A stretch of DNA of 64,000 bases from Methanomassiliicoccaceae archaeon (GCA_040776945.1 JAXGZN010000002.1:352001-416000), one strand, 5' to 3'; shown: positions 38,978 through 49,768, counted from the stretch's first letter. A program made the numbers and translations. Notes: generated by a model not told the origin, from the sequence alone.

Positions 38978-41446
38978 ATGGTCGAGGCCAATGACCGACC
39001 GAGCTGCGGTCCAGCGGTCGACAATTCGCTGCATGAGGACATCAAGGCGCAGATAGAGGAGGGGCTTGACCGCTCAGGCTTTTTAATATTCGTTCTGAGC
39101 AGTGAGATGAGGATAGAGTTCATCAGCAGATCGGCGGCGGCCTTCATGGGAAGGCGGCCTGAGGACGTGATCGGCCGCACGCCCGGGGACCTCGGTCTTC
39201 CGGTGCAATTGCATGAGTCCATCAAGCGGCTGGTCAACGAGGCGCTGACCTCCAAAAAGGTCCTGAGAGGAACATACGTGGCGAGCTTGAGGGAGATCAA
39301 GCAGTTCGAGTATGAGATCTCGCCAATCTTCGCCGGGGGCCCCAGGCCGAAGGCCGTCCTCGCCTTTGTCTATGACCGCACCGCCCAGGCATTGGAGAGG
39401 AAGGTGCTGGAAGCCATCGTCAAGGTGAACGACATAGTGAGGCCGTCCCTTGGTTCGGATGACCTTGTGAAAAGGACCGTACGCGCTTTGTCAGGCTCGC
39501 TTAACGACGACGCCTTCGCCCTGGTGATAGATGACAACGGAACTTGGAGGGTCGACCACTCGTTCGACCTACCTCCGGAGGAGATGAGCTCCTTGGAGAA
39601 CAGCATGGTCTGCTTGATCTCCGGCCTGATCGGCGGGAACGCGCCCGTGTCGATAGGCGACATTTCGCGCGATCCCCGGGTTCCGAGCGAAATCGCCCAC
39701 AGGACCGGGGCCGGCCCCCTTCTTGTGATCCCGGTGGAACTGGCCCACGGCGTGAAGATCGCCCTGCTGTTCTTCCGCTTCGATGATCGGCCGTTCGGCA
39801 GCATCGAGATGGACCTGGGGGAGAAGATGGCGTCCTCGGTCGCCGTGGCCATCACCGACATGCTGATGGTCCGGGACCTCAGGGCCGCCGATCTGGAAAA
39901 GGAGAGCATGCTGGTCCGCCTGTCCAAGGAAAGGGAGAACCTGGCAGCCATCTTCGAGGCCAACCCGTTGGCCCTGGCCCTGTTCCAACGGGACGGGGAG
40001 AACCTTCGGCTGGCGCTATGCAGCAAGATATTCCGGGACGATACGTACGGGGCCGTGCCCCACCCCCTCGAGGGAAAGCGGATGGAGGAGCTTGGCATCC
40101 CCGAGGAGACCGCCTATCTGCGGAAGATGGCGGAAGCGGCCCTGAGGACCGGCCAGACCCAGGTGTCCGAGGAACATGTCCACCATACTGGACGGGAACA
40201 GTTCCCAACGAAGATAATGATGGCCCCGATCTCCCGGCAGCCCGACACGGTCCTCATGGCCGGCGTGAGCATATCGGACCTGGTCAACGCCAAAAAGCAG
40301 CTGGAGGAGTACGCCACCCGGATAGAGGCGGAGCGTGTGCGGCTCCGCACGATAATCGACACCTTGCCGGTCGGGGTCGTGCTGGTCGATGCCTCCGGCA
40401 AGGTCATCGAGACGAACAGCACCAGAAGGGCCGAGATCTGGGGCACCTCGCCCAAGGACCGGGCCTTGGCCAACATCTATCCGTCAAGGGCGAGATGGTC
40501 CAACACCGGCATGTCCGTGGCCAAGGACGAGTGGCCTATCGCACGGGCCTTGAGGAAGGGGGAATGCGTCAAAGGCGAAATGATCGATATAACCAGGTTC
40601 GACGGCAAGCGGGGCACGGAGCTGATATCGGCCGCCCCCATCCACGATGCCTCGGGCAAGCGCATCGGGGCCGTAGGAATCATGCAGGACATAACCGAGC
40701 AGAGGCAATTGGAACAGGACGCCGTGGAAGCGAAGGAACGTGCGGAAACGTTCCTCGACCTGCTCACCCATGATGTCCAAGGGCACAACGCGGCCATATC
40801 CGGGTACATCCAGATGGCCCTGTCCAAGGACAAGCAGGGTAAGCGGAAGGACGACCTACAAAAGGCCTTGGAGGCCATCAAGGCGTCCACCGAACTGATC
40901 GATACCGTGCGGAAGATACAGATGGTGGAGACGCACGATACCGCACACGGCCACATAGAGCTGTCCTCGACATTGGAAGATGTGGCCTCCGAGATAACGG
41001 CGGTCGGAGGGAAGAGGGTCCACATCGAGATGAGCACCAAGCCGGACAGCTTCATACTGGCATCGCCCATGATCCGGGAGGTCTTCATGAACCTGCTCAT
41101 CAACTCGGTCAGGCACTCCGAGGAGGAGGTCCATATAACGGTGAGGCAGAACCGCATCTATGACGGCGGGCGGGAATATCACAAGTTCATCATCGAGGAC
41201 GACGGGCCGGGCATACCGGACGATGTCAAGCCGAGCATCTTCCTGCGCAAGTATCGCGGCCGGACCAAGGCCAAGGGCAGCGGCCTCGGACTGTACCTCA
41301 CAAAAAGGCTGGTGGAGGAGCATGGAGGGAAGATATGGATGGAGGACCGCGTGCCCGGAAACCATGCCAAGGGAGTAAGGTTCATCGTCCACCTCCCGAC
41401 CGTGTCCATGCCCTCCGTCCACGCGACAGGCACCGAGCACGCATGA
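38978..41446 (+). CDS. PAS/GAF sensor histidine kinase
   Basis: PAS and GAF segments; DLLTHDV H-box, NLLINSVRH, DDGPGIPD, GSGLGL. Confidence 0.9.
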   Translation: MVEANDRPSCGPAVDNSLHEDIKAQIEEGLDRSGFLIFVLSSEMRIEFISRSAAAFMGRRPEDVIGRTPGDLGLPVQLHESIKRLVNEALTSKKVLRGTYVASLREIKQFEYEISPIFAGGPRPKAVLAFVYDRTAQALERKVLEAIVKVNDIVRPSLGSDDLVKRTVRALSGSLNDDAFALVIDDNGTWRVDHSFDLPPEEMSSLENSMVCLISGLIGGNAPVSIGDISRDPRVPSEIAHRTGAGPLLVIPVELAHGVKIALLFFRFDDRPFGSIEMDLGEKMASSVAVAITDMLMVRDLRAADLEKESMLVRLSKERENLAAIFEANPLALALFQRDGENLRLALCSKIFRDDTYGAVPHPLEGKRMEELGIPEETAYLRKMAEAALRTGQTQVSEEHVHHTGREQFPTKIMMAPISRQPDTVLMAGVSISDLVNAKKQLEEYATRIEAERVRLRTIIDTLPVGVVLVDASGKVIETNSTRRAEIWGTSPKDRALANIYPSRARWSNTGMSVAKDEWPIARALRKGECVKGEMIDITRFDGKRGTELISAAPIHDASGKRIGAVGIMQDITEQRQLEQDAVEAKERAETFLDLLTHDVQGHNAAISGYIQMALSKDKQGKRKDDLQKALEAIKASTELIDTVRKIQMVETHDTAHGHIELSSTLEDVASEITAVGGKRVHIEMSTKPDSFILASPMIREVFMNLLINSVRHSEEEVHITVRQNRIYDGGREYHKFIIEDDGPGIPDDVKPSIFLRKYRGRTKAKGSGLGLYLTKRLVEEHGGKIWMEDRVPGNHAKGVRFIVHLPTVSMPSVHATGTEHA

Positions 41447-41525
41447 GCGGCGGACCTCGCGCCCCACCGTGCCGAAGGTTATCATGTTTATATCCTGAAT
41501 ACGCCTTCGCATGGACGGTGCAAGG

Positions 41526-41780
41526 ATGCTGAGGGAGTCGCGTTTTTTTAGGGCCTTCGTCCTTACCGCGTGGTTCTATACCTTCCTGCTATGGTCGTAC
41601 ATCGCGGTCAGGATCATAACGTACGATTACATCGTATTTGACCCGTTCATATGGTCGATACCTTGGCTGTCCTTCGGGCAGCTGGGCGCGATGGCGTTCA
41701 TCGCCAGCTCGGTGCTCATGTTCACGTACCTCTATCTCTGGGGGTTTGGAAGGACTTGGCGGCCCGGCACCGGCCATTGA
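41526..41780 (+). CDS. small two-TM membrane protein
   Basis: Two hydrophobic aromatic-rich segments; 84 aa. Confidence 0.65.
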   Translation: MLRESRFFRAFVLTAWFYTFLLWSYIAVRIITYDYIVFDPFIWSIPWLSFGQLGAMAFIASSVLMFTYLYLWGFGRTWRPGTGH

Positions 41781-42142
41781 CCCGCCGGGAGCTGAGAGGT
41801 CGAAAAAGATGACCCATCTACCGCGGTAACGTCCCCTTCCCTCTCCGTCCAGCCAACCATAGGATCAAGGCAGGCAGGACCTATAGTTGCGCATATACGG
41901 CAGCATCGGAAGGGGCATCTGAAGCTCCGGATCCCTGCCGCCGCCCATAAGAACTGGGTTGAAGGGCCCCGACCTCCCCTGCAGGGTCCCTCCAACGTTG
42001 AGATCGAAGGTCCAACGGCCCCCACCGCCGGGATGGGCATAGGCGCCACCAGGCCATCTCTTCTTCTGCGCTTCCGCAGCACCTATCGCGCCAGATGACC
42101 TAATGGTTCTAGAAGCATGCCTCGGCTTCTGCGTCAAGGCGG

Positions 42143-42799
42143 TCAACCGATCATGAGGGACGAGAGCACAGTATTGCCCTCTCGTGCCCTGGCGGGAAGC
42201 CTCTTTCCGCAGGTTGGACAGGAGCGGAAGCTGAGGAGGACGATGCCGCCGCATTCGGGGCACTCCGCCGTCGGCGCCCTAGGGTCAAATCCGCAGTAGG
42301 GGCAGAGGTCAGGGTCTCCCCTCATCGTGCGGCCGCAGAGCGCACAAGCGTACCCGCCACCCGGTGGCGACCTCCCGGCGAGGCCAGCGGGGGGACCGGC
42401 GGCCACGGAACAGAGGGAGTCCATAGCGCTCTCCGCCCCACGCACGTCATGGGCCAATATCCTCTCTTCGACGGCATCCAACTCCTTGGAGGTCATGCCC
42501 AGGGCCCTGGACCCCCTCTTCATCCCTGCCAGGCGGTGGAGCGACGGGAGCATCAGGCCGACGCGGCCCTCGTAAAGGGATATCGCCGACCAAGCTTCGT
42601 TGACCATGCCCTTGGCCAGCAGGTCCTCGATGGAGCGGAGGTCCGCCTCCAACGCCTGCTTGGCGCAGCCCAGCTCCGCGAACGGTCCCTTGGAAAGCTC
42701 GCCCCTTAGCTCGATCACCCGCTGATGCGGCCGCACCATCGAATCAAGGCACGCGCTGATGTTCCTCGTTCTCGTAAGCAGTTCCCGGGCAATGTCCAA
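42143..42799 (-). CDS. helical protein with C-terminal double zinc ribbon; start uncertain (TTG 42799 or ATA 42811)
   Basis: CALC...CPYC...CPEC...CPTC. Confidence 0.7.
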   Translation of the reverse strand: MDIARELLTRTRNISACLDSMVRPHQRVIELRGELSKGPFAELGCAKQALEADLRSIEDLLAKGMVNEAWSAISLYEGRVGLMLPSLHRLAGMKRGSRALGMTSKELDAVEERILAHDVRGAESAMDSLCSVAAGPPAGLAGRSPPGGGYACALCGRTMRGDPDLCPYCGFDPRAPTAECPECGGIVLLSFRSCPTCGKRLPARAREGNTVLSSLMIG

Positions 42800-42807
42800 G
42801 GCCGGGC

Positions 42808-43224
42808 CTATTCGCTCACCCCCCAGAACCCGCTCACGCCGTCCAGCCCTATGGCCGCCCGGTCCACGGTCAGACCCCTGTCCCTCGCCTCCATGACCTT
42901 GGACTCGATGGAGATCAGCTCCGACCTGCCCTGCCTGACGACCTCCATGACCTGATCCAGCTCCTGTCGCGCCAGGTCGGTCCGCCTTATGCATTCGCGG
43001 TACCGCTTCTGCCGCAAGAGCGTTCGGGACGAGTCCAGCTCAGCAGAGAACTCGGCAACGGCGAAAGGAGGAAGGGACCTAATCCCGATCGACAGCTCCT
43101 CGATCCCCCTCTCGGCCACAGGCCGGTTCTTGCGGCCGTCCCAGAGAGCGAACGACACGGTGAGAACGATTATCAGCAGAGCTGACACGATCAGCAACGA
43201 TGGGACGATGAGCCCGCCCTGCAA
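42808..43224 (-). CDS. N-terminally membrane-anchored coiled-coil protein
   Basis: GAGGTGG RBS, hydrophobic N-terminal TM, charged helical body; TAG stop. Confidence 0.65.
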   Translation of the reverse strand: MQGGLIVPSLLIVSALLIIVLTVSFALWDGRKNRPVAERGIEELSIGIRSLPPFAVAEFSAELDSSRTLLRQKRYRECIRRTDLARQELDQVMEVVRQGRSELISIESKVMEARDRGLTVDRAAIGLDGVSGFWGVSE

Positions 43225-43545
43225 GATGGTTCCACCTCGTTCTTGGATGGGTCTCGGAATGCCTTATATTTTCCCCGGCCTAGCCGACCCCCACTCCTGC
43301 AAAGGGGACAGATGAACAAGATGGAAAGGAGCCCCCGCCGTTCGAAGTAAGGTAAGCCGTCATTATAATATTAATATTCATAATATATTAAGCGAGCAAC
43401 GTGTCCGGACAACGTCCCGCATCATACTAAAAATGATTCCTTGTATTATCCATTTTCATAACTGGCTTTGATATTGGCGTACCGTCCTTTTATAGACACC
43501 CCGAACGTCTCATGCCTTTACTGCTAAGGTATTGCCGTTTCGTTC

Positions 43546-43569
43546 GTTTATAAATATAATATTATAAAC
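43546..43569. promoter_or_regulatory. TATA-overlapping inverted repeat GTTTATAA-N8-TTATAAAC
   Basis: Perfect 8-bp arms about 55 nt upstream of the 43624 start. Confidence 0.55.
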
Positions 43570-43623
43570 ATAAACTGAAGGGCATGGCAGGACCGGTCAG
43601 CCGCCGGACATAGGGGCGATCCC

Positions 43624-45909
43624 ATGAACAGGATCACAAGATTTGTGAAGAAAAGGCCGAGGAGCGCGTTGATCGCGATAGCGCTCGTAGGAACGCTGAT
43701 GCTCATGGCAACCCTGGCACCCCTTGCCACGGAAACTTCCAATGCAGGTTACGTGCTGAGCAGGAAGAACGCTTCCCTCAGCCTGAGCGTTGGATCGACC
43801 GAGGTCAAGGTCGGGGAAAAGGTCCACCTTTCCGGCATGCTTTCCGGAGTTGCCAACAAGGCCTATGCCAAGATCTCGTTGTCGGTCGTCATGCCCGACG
43901 GTTCGTTGACCTATCCCGCCCAGGGGACGACCACCTACACGTCCAGGACCGGCGGTTTCTCCATCGATCTCGTACCCAAGGTGCCCGGCAGGTACACGGT
44001 CACCGCCTCCTATCAAGGCGGCCGAGTTGATGTTTCCGCCAGCAAGGCGATCACCGCACTGGCCGCCAGAAGCACGGCGGCCCCGGTCAAGGCTGCGACC
44101 TCCATCGGCCTGGCATTGGGCTCTTCGAGCGTCACTGTCGGCGAGGCCGTGATCGCCAACGGGACGCTGACCTCAGGCGCAGGCGTGGTCGGGGCCCCGA
44201 TCGGCGTGTCCATAACCCTTCCGGACGGGTCCTCGGTGAACATGGGCCGCTCGCAGATAACCACAGGTGCCATGGGCGCATTCTCCTTCGAGTATGTTCC
44301 GACCATGGTCGGCAACCACAATCTGACGGCGACCTACGCCGGCAACGACACTCTCAAGGGATCTACGACCAGCGTGTCGTTCGCGGCCATATCGGAGGTC
44401 GCGCCAGAGCCGCCGATCGCCACATCCCTCACCCTGACCCCGTCCGCGGCGACAATCGAGGTCGGGAAGAACATACGCGCTTCGGGCCTGCTGACCGGCC
44501 TTACGCCAGTGTCCGGCGAGACGGTCGATGTTCGCGTGACCCTCCCCGACGGGTCCGCCGTCAATCCGGCCCAGGGACCAACGGTGACAACAGGCCAGGA
44601 CGGAACGTTCTTGATCGACTACACGCCAAGGGCCATCGGGAACCACAGGTTCACCGCGACCTTCTCTGGCAGCTCTCAGCTGAGGGGCTCTTCGGTCTCC
44701 GCCGCCTTCACCGTAACCGAGCCGGCGGCACCTCCCGTCCCGGACCCGGGCACCGGGGGCGACCCTCCGGTGGCGCCGCTATCGTACGCCTTCACCGTCA
44801 CCTCCTCAGGTCCCAACTACGTAACGAAGAGCGCCTCCGGGGCCACGGTCTACTCCGGGACCAACGCCGCGACGGCCATCCAGACCGCGCTCAACTCCCT
44901 GACCTCCGGTCGGACGTCCAAGCAGGCGGTCCTGCTCCAGGGAGACTTCAGCGTGACAAAGGCCATAAGCATGCCCAGCTACACCATCTTGGTACTGGAG
45001 GGCAAGGTCACGTGGGGCTCTAGCGCCGTAGGGTACATCCTTACCGCCGTCAACAAGAACAACTTCGAGGTCCGTGGAGGGGAATGGGACGGCAACAAGG
45101 CGTCCCGGACCATGACGTCGAGCAGCAATCCTTTCGCCTTCGAGCGCTGCAGCGACGTGATCATCTCGAACCTCAAGGTACACGACGGCCCGTACGACAA
45201 CATCGAGTTCGAGTACAGCGAGAGGATCACCATCTCCAACGTGGAGAGCTACAACACCCGGTGGACGTCCATCGTCATGGCGTACTCCAACAACTGCATC
45301 ATAGAGAACTGCCACATCCACGACTCCGACCAGGGCGGGTGCTACTTCTACTGCGAGGACGACGGCGTGGCCCAGACCATCAACAACAACATCATCCGCA
45401 ACAACCTGGTGGAGCGCACCTGGACCTCTGGACTGAGCTTCAGCATCAGGGGTGTGGAGGACCGCACCGACGGCGGCCTCATCGAAGGCAACACGGTCAT
45501 CGACGGCGGCCGGGACACCGATCATCCGGGCATCAACATCGGCTGGGGCGCCGGCCGCCTTGCCACCAACACCATCGTGCGGAACAACCTGATCTATTCG
45601 ACCTCCCGCGCCGGGGAGGGCGGGATCGAGTTCGCCGGGAGCGGCTGCGTGTGCGAGGGCAACACCATCCGCGACACCCCGGGATACGCGATACACCTGG
45701 TGGGCAACAATAACCGCGTGACAGGCAATTCGATCACCAACGCCGGCTGGGACGACGGCGGGGCCGGGGTGCACATCGAGGGCAGCAACAATATGGTAAC
45801 GGACAACACCATCATGAACTGCCGCACCTACGGCATCGCGGTGTACAGCGGCACTGGGAACACGATATCGCCGAACACCTTCTCTGGGAACAATAGGAAC
45901 GTCCGTTGA
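43624..45909 (+). CDS. secreted protein with three Ig-like repeats and a right-handed parallel beta-helix (pectate lyase/NosD-like)
   Basis: Signal anchor; repeats (V/I)xxPDGS...QG...TT...G.F...Y.P...G.H..TA.Y.G; Asn-rich ITISN/IIENC/IRNN/IEGN repeats. Confidence 0.87.
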   Translation: MNRITRFVKKRPRSALIAIALVGTLMLMATLAPLATETSNAGYVLSRKNASLSLSVGSTEVKVGEKVHLSGMLSGVANKAYAKISLSVVMPDGSLTYPAQGTTTYTSRTGGFSIDLVPKVPGRYTVTASYQGGRVDVSASKAITALAARSTAAPVKAATSIGLALGSSSVTVGEAVIANGTLTSGAGVVGAPIGVSITLPDGSSVNMGRSQITTGAMGAFSFEYVPTMVGNHNLTATYAGNDTLKGSTTSVSFAAISEVAPEPPIATSLTLTPSAATIEVGKNIRASGLLTGLTPVSGETVDVRVTLPDGSAVNPAQGPTVTTGQDGTFLIDYTPRAIGNHRFTATFSGSSQLRGSSVSAAFTVTEPAAPPVPDPGTGGDPPVAPLSYAFTVTSSGPNYVTKSASGATVYSGTNAATAIQTALNSLTSGRTSKQAVLLQGDFSVTKAISMPSYTILVLEGKVTWGSSAVGYILTAVNKNNFEVRGGEWDGNKASRTMTSSSNPFAFERCSDVIISNLKVHDGPYDNIEFEYSERITISNVESYNTRWTSIVMAYSNNCIIENCHIHDSDQGGCYFYCEDDGVAQTINNNIIRNNLVERTWTSGLSFSIRGVEDRTDGGLIEGNTVIDGGRDTDHPGINIGWGAGRLATNTIVRNNLIYSTSRAGEGGIEFAGSGCVCEGNTIRDTPGYAIHLVGNNNRVTGNSITNAGWDDGGAGVHIEGSNNMVTDNTIMNCRTYGIAVYSGTGNTISPNTFSGNNRNVR

Positions 45910-45926
45910 GCGGTCTCGCGGCCTCC

Positions 45927-45958
45927 CCGCCTCCAGAGCGGAGGCGGCGTTCTTTTTT
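45927..45958 (+). terminator. hairpin plus U-tract terminator
   Basis: CCGCCTCC-agagc-GGAGGCGG followed by TTCTTTTTT. Confidence 0.7.
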
Positions 45959-46086
45959 CCCTGGGCCGGGACAGAGGCCTCGTTCGACGCACGGCCGCCG
46001 GTCGGCCGATGCCCCCGGCCCATTTGATTAACGATAGAGAAATATAAGCGCGAAGGCCATTCGGAGCCCGCGAGGGACTGACTAGC

Positions 46087-47355
46087 TTGAAAGCCAGGTC
46101 CACAGGCCGCAAGGCAATAATGCTGGGCATGCATCTGAAGATCCTGCAGGAGATGGGCTCGCACGGCGTGAGCTGCATATCCATGCTCCCTCGGCGACAA
46201 CTGACGGCCTATTCGCGTTATGGCACCCAACAAGCTTGCCCTGGTCCGGAGGTCGATGAGGCAGGGGCCCTCGACACCCTCTATGACAGATGCGTGAAGG
46301 AGGGCGACAGCCCGGTGCTCATCCCGTACAGCGACACATGGGTAAATGCCGTCACCAAGCAAATGAGCAGGTTCAAGGAGGTCTCCACCCCTTGCATGCC
46401 CGACAGAGAGGCTGCGGAGCTGGTGCTGGACAAGGAAAGGTTCTGCCGACTGGGTCAGCAACGGGGATACATGACCCCCATGTCCTGGACCTTGGAGGAG
46501 GCTCGCGAACTGAGCGATGGCCAGTTCCCCATAGTGGCCAAGCCGAAGGTCCACCGGATGACCGGAAACAGGGGGATGGTCCAGATCAACCGGCAAATGG
46601 ACCGCCTGAGGTTCGTGGTGATCAAGGACCGCCAGGAACTGGAGCGTTTCGTTCTAAGGGAGAGGGACCTGCTGCCCTATCTCACCTTTCAGGAGTACGT
46701 CCGGGGAATGACCGACGCGATCTACAACATCGGGCTGTACGCGGACCGCAGATCGACGGTCCTGGGCTCGGTCAGCGGACACAAGATGCGCGGTTATCCG
46801 GCGAGCCACGGGGACTGCGTGCTGGGAGAGAACTGCGAGCTCCCTGAAGAGCTGATGGAAAATGCCCTGAAGATAGTTAGGGACCTCAGGCTCACCGGCC
46901 TGGCCGAGTTCGAGTACAAGAAGGACTCGGAGACGGGCGACTTCAGGCTCATCGAGGTGAATCCTCGAGCCTGGTCGTGGATCGGCATAACCCCGGCCTG
47001 CGGGGTCAGCCTGCCTATGATGGCCTATAAGGACCTTACCGACGCCTATGATCCATCGGACTTCGAGCCCTTCAGCGGCAAGGTGAAGTACGTCCGGCTG
47101 CTGGAGGACCTTGCGAACTGCATGTATCTCTACGGCAAGGACCACCCCCCGTTCAAGCGCTCTCCCTCGGAATGGCTCAGGGACATCAAGGCCGATCGCC
47201 TGGTGGTCTACGACTTCGACCGGCGGGACCCTCTGCCGAGCGCCATTATAATGGTCAACATGCTCCAGAACATGACCCGCCACGCCCTGGGCCGGAGGGG
47301 CGCCCAAGCCGAAAGGGGGCGGGGAACGGACCGGGACCCGCCGCCCGCGATGTAG
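46087..47355 (+). CDS. ATP-grasp carboxylate-amine ligase (D-aspartate-ligase-like)
   Basis: LIPYSD, DKERF, FPIVAKP, FQEYVRG, EFEYKKD..GDFRLIEVNPR; TAG stop. Confidence 0.85.
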   Translation: MKARSTGRKAIMLGMHLKILQEMGSHGVSCISMLPRRQLTAYSRYGTQQACPGPEVDEAGALDTLYDRCVKEGDSPVLIPYSDTWVNAVTKQMSRFKEVSTPCMPDREAAELVLDKERFCRLGQQRGYMTPMSWTLEEARELSDGQFPIVAKPKVHRMTGNRGMVQINRQMDRLRFVVIKDRQELERFVLRERDLLPYLTFQEYVRGMTDAIYNIGLYADRRSTVLGSVSGHKMRGYPASHGDCVLGENCELPEELMENALKIVRDLRLTGLAEFEYKKDSETGDFRLIEVNPRAWSWIGITPACGVSLPMMAYKDLTDAYDPSDFEPFSGKVKYVRLLEDLANCMYLYGKDHPPFKRSPSEWLRDIKADRLVVYDFDRRDPLPSAIIMVNMLQNMTRHALGRRGAQAERGRGTDRDPPPAM

Positions 47356-47403
47356 GCCGAACGTACAGAACGGCTGCCTTATCATACCAGGCAGGTCGCC
47401 CCA

Positions 47404-49383
47404 TTATTGCCGCGGACGGGCGGAAGGCACGTCCCAGACCGCCAGGCAGAACGTGTTCTGTCCATGGTCCCCGGCATTGGCGAGGTCCAGTGCGGCTGAG
47501 GTCACCGGACCGGCGTCCATGACCTTCTCAAAGACGATCGACCCCCCCGCCGCAAGCTTGGGAACGATGAACTGCCATGCCTTGGCCCCCTCTATCGCCT
47601 TGATGATCTGACCGCCGGCCTTGAGATAGTAGTCGGGGCGCTCCTTCGTGAACAGCGTCAGTCCGATGACGTCCTGTGCGGCGGAGCTCTTGAGGCTCAC
47701 CGCGGTCTCGCTCTCTGAGAGATCGACCCGGTCGATGAGGATCGAGCGATCGTATATCTCTCTAGGGGTTGCGTACCAAACGTTGTAGTTCTCGGACATG
47801 GCAGCGAAGTAGTCGTCGACCAGCGGCATAAGGTGCCAGGTGCCGTCTGGATGGACCTTGGCGCCCAAGGACACCATCTCCGCCCCGGTGATCCTTTCAT
47901 AGGGATGCCCCAGGGCGGGGTGGGACTCGACCGCGTAGTCCTTCCCCCCGTCGCTCACGTACGCGTATCGCCAGGTGTAATCATGCCATATCATCACCGC
48001 GCTGTTGCTGGCATAGATCTCCTGCCGTGCTGCCAGATCGTCCCTGGTGGCCGGAGCGAACGCGGGCTGCCAGTCATTGGTCTCCTCCAGGAAAGCGTAG
48101 GGGGAGGACCGCTGCAGCACCAGTCCCGGGTAGTCAGGATGGCGGTACATCACGCCGCCGAGGTTAAGGTCCTGGGCCTGCGAATGGCTATGGGTCTCAT
48201 CGTTGACCCAGATCATAACGTTCTTCTCGACCAAGCGGTCACTGATGAAATAGGGGGAGGTCGTGACGCGGCCCTGCTGCCAGATGTCCTGCTGCACATC
48301 GCCGTGGTCCACCCATGACCTCAGCGGTCCGTACATGGACTCGAACTGTTCGATCATCGGAATAAGGGCCGCCCGGTCGGATGAATGGCTGGTCACCGCG
48401 TGCAGCCCTATCTCCCACCCCGAGCTTTGAAGGGCGTAGAGGGCCTGCGCGTATTCCGGGTCGGTGTTCACGCTGTACTCCGAGTCACGGCTGGCGGTGT
48501 TCATCCACGCCAGGAACTCTCCGCGGACCCCGTACCTCTCCTTCAATTGCTTCATTATGGCCAGCTGCGCGGGGTTGGCCTGGTCGGCATGTATCTGCAG
48601 AGCCAAGGAGAAATCGTGGCCCCATGGAGTGATGGTCTTGTGGAGCCGGTCTCGATAGGTCACGCTGCCGCCGTTCCCGATGTCCATCCTTTTAATGACC
48701 ACAGCGGCCGGCGAGGACCACCTCTCCCTGTTGGCCTCCAAGGTCGCTCCGGCGAAGACGAGGCGGTCCTCCGCCCTCCCTGTCCGGAAGGAATGTTGGA
48801 AACCGTCAACCCCTACGTTCAAGTTTCCTCCGCTCACCTCCACGGCGATGTCCACCGTGCCCCTGGCGCGTACGTCGTACATGAACGAGAAGCTCTCGTA
48901 CTCGATCGTCCCCTCTCCAAGCCAGATATGTGGGGCGACGGTGATCTTGTTCGGAGTGAGCATGATGGCCGCGGAGTAGTACCACGACGAGGTCTTGGCG
49001 GATGAGAACTTGATGCTCAGACCTAGGAAGTGGGAGGCGTCAAGCGAGCTGAGGTCCAGCTTCATTCTCGTCGAGTTCGCCGTCATCGAGCTCTTCATCA
49101 GATATAGGCTGGAGGCATTGTTGTCAAGGGTCACCTTCAGCCCATCCTCTCCGATGCTGTAGCTCGTCCTCCCCCCGGTCGCCCTGATGCCAACCCCAAG
49201 CGGGAGGCCTCTGAACTCCTCCGAGATCACAGGGTCGCCGATGACATAGCCAGGTTCAGGGAAACGGTCCACGGTCCTCTTCGTCTCGTTTCCCTGCACG
49301 AGGATGCCTGCAGCTAGGACTGTCACGGCGCAGATGCACGCGGCCGCTACGAAGAAGTACCTCTGGGTGACCTTGTTGGCCAT
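47404..49383 (-). CDS. membrane-anchored protein with polysaccharide-deacetylase-like domain
   Basis: N-terminal TM; GWEIGLHA...H, SWVDHG, IWH, VWYAT..EI. Confidence 0.65.
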   Translation of the reverse strand: MANKVTQRYFFVAAACICAVTVLAAGILVQGNETKRTVDRFPEPGYVIGDPVISEEFRGLPLGVGIRATGGRTSYSIGEDGLKVTLDNNASSLYLMKSSMTANSTRMKLDLSSLDASHFLGLSIKFSSAKTSSWYYSAAIMLTPNKITVAPHIWLGEGTIEYESFSFMYDVRARGTVDIAVEVSGGNLNVGVDGFQHSFRTGRAEDRLVFAGATLEANRERWSSPAAVVIKRMDIGNGGSVTYRDRLHKTITPWGHDFSLALQIHADQANPAQLAIMKQLKERYGVRGEFLAWMNTASRDSEYSVNTDPEYAQALYALQSSGWEIGLHAVTSHSSDRAALIPMIEQFESMYGPLRSWVDHGDVQQDIWQQGRVTTSPYFISDRLVEKNVMIWVNDETHSHSQAQDLNLGGVMYRHPDYPGLVLQRSSPYAFLEETNDWQPAFAPATRDDLAARQEIYASNSAVMIWHDYTWRYAYVSDGGKDYAVESHPALGHPYERITGAEMVSLGAKVHPDGTWHLMPLVDDYFAAMSENYNVWYATPREIYDRSILIDRVDLSESETAVSLKSSAAQDVIGLTLFTKERPDYYLKAGGQIIKAIEGAKAWQFIVPKLAAGGSIVFEKVMDAGPVTSAALDLANAGDHGQNTFCLAVWDVPSARPRQ

Positions 49384-49768
49384 ATTATCGGGTCCAGCCA
49401 AGTATCTAGCATGCTCGATAATTAACTTTCTTTGACAGAGTTCACGTTGGACACGACCGCTCGCGGCCACGAGCGCCGACCGGACCGAGCGTCCCGCCCC
49501 CCTTCGCAGCTCCTTGGCGCCGCATGCGCGAGGACAACCCGACATGAGGCCGGTGTCCCTCTTGTGGCCGGGGAACAAAGCGCTTCGAGATCGCATGGCG
49601 CTCCTCAGGAGGCAGCTGACGGCATCGCCGTGGTGGACCACGAGATCGTCAACGGACCAATGAGCTGGTCAATATCATTTTTTTACATGGAACGCTTAAG
49701 GCCCTACTTACGAGGGAACGGACAGGGCAAGGCCGTTCAGGGCCATCATGCGTTGGAGGACGATGCCG

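Noticed and set aside
42143-43224. Amber-readthrough fusion of the membrane protein and the DZR protein
   Set aside because: The two ORFs are in different frames; readthrough gives unrelated sequence ending at a TGA.
44806-46596. Long antisense or alternate-frame ORFs (also 25111-26586, 57926-59050, 62942-63736, 9615-10766)
   Set aside because: Shadow ORFs of GC-rich genes with no motifs, overlapping well-supported CDSs.
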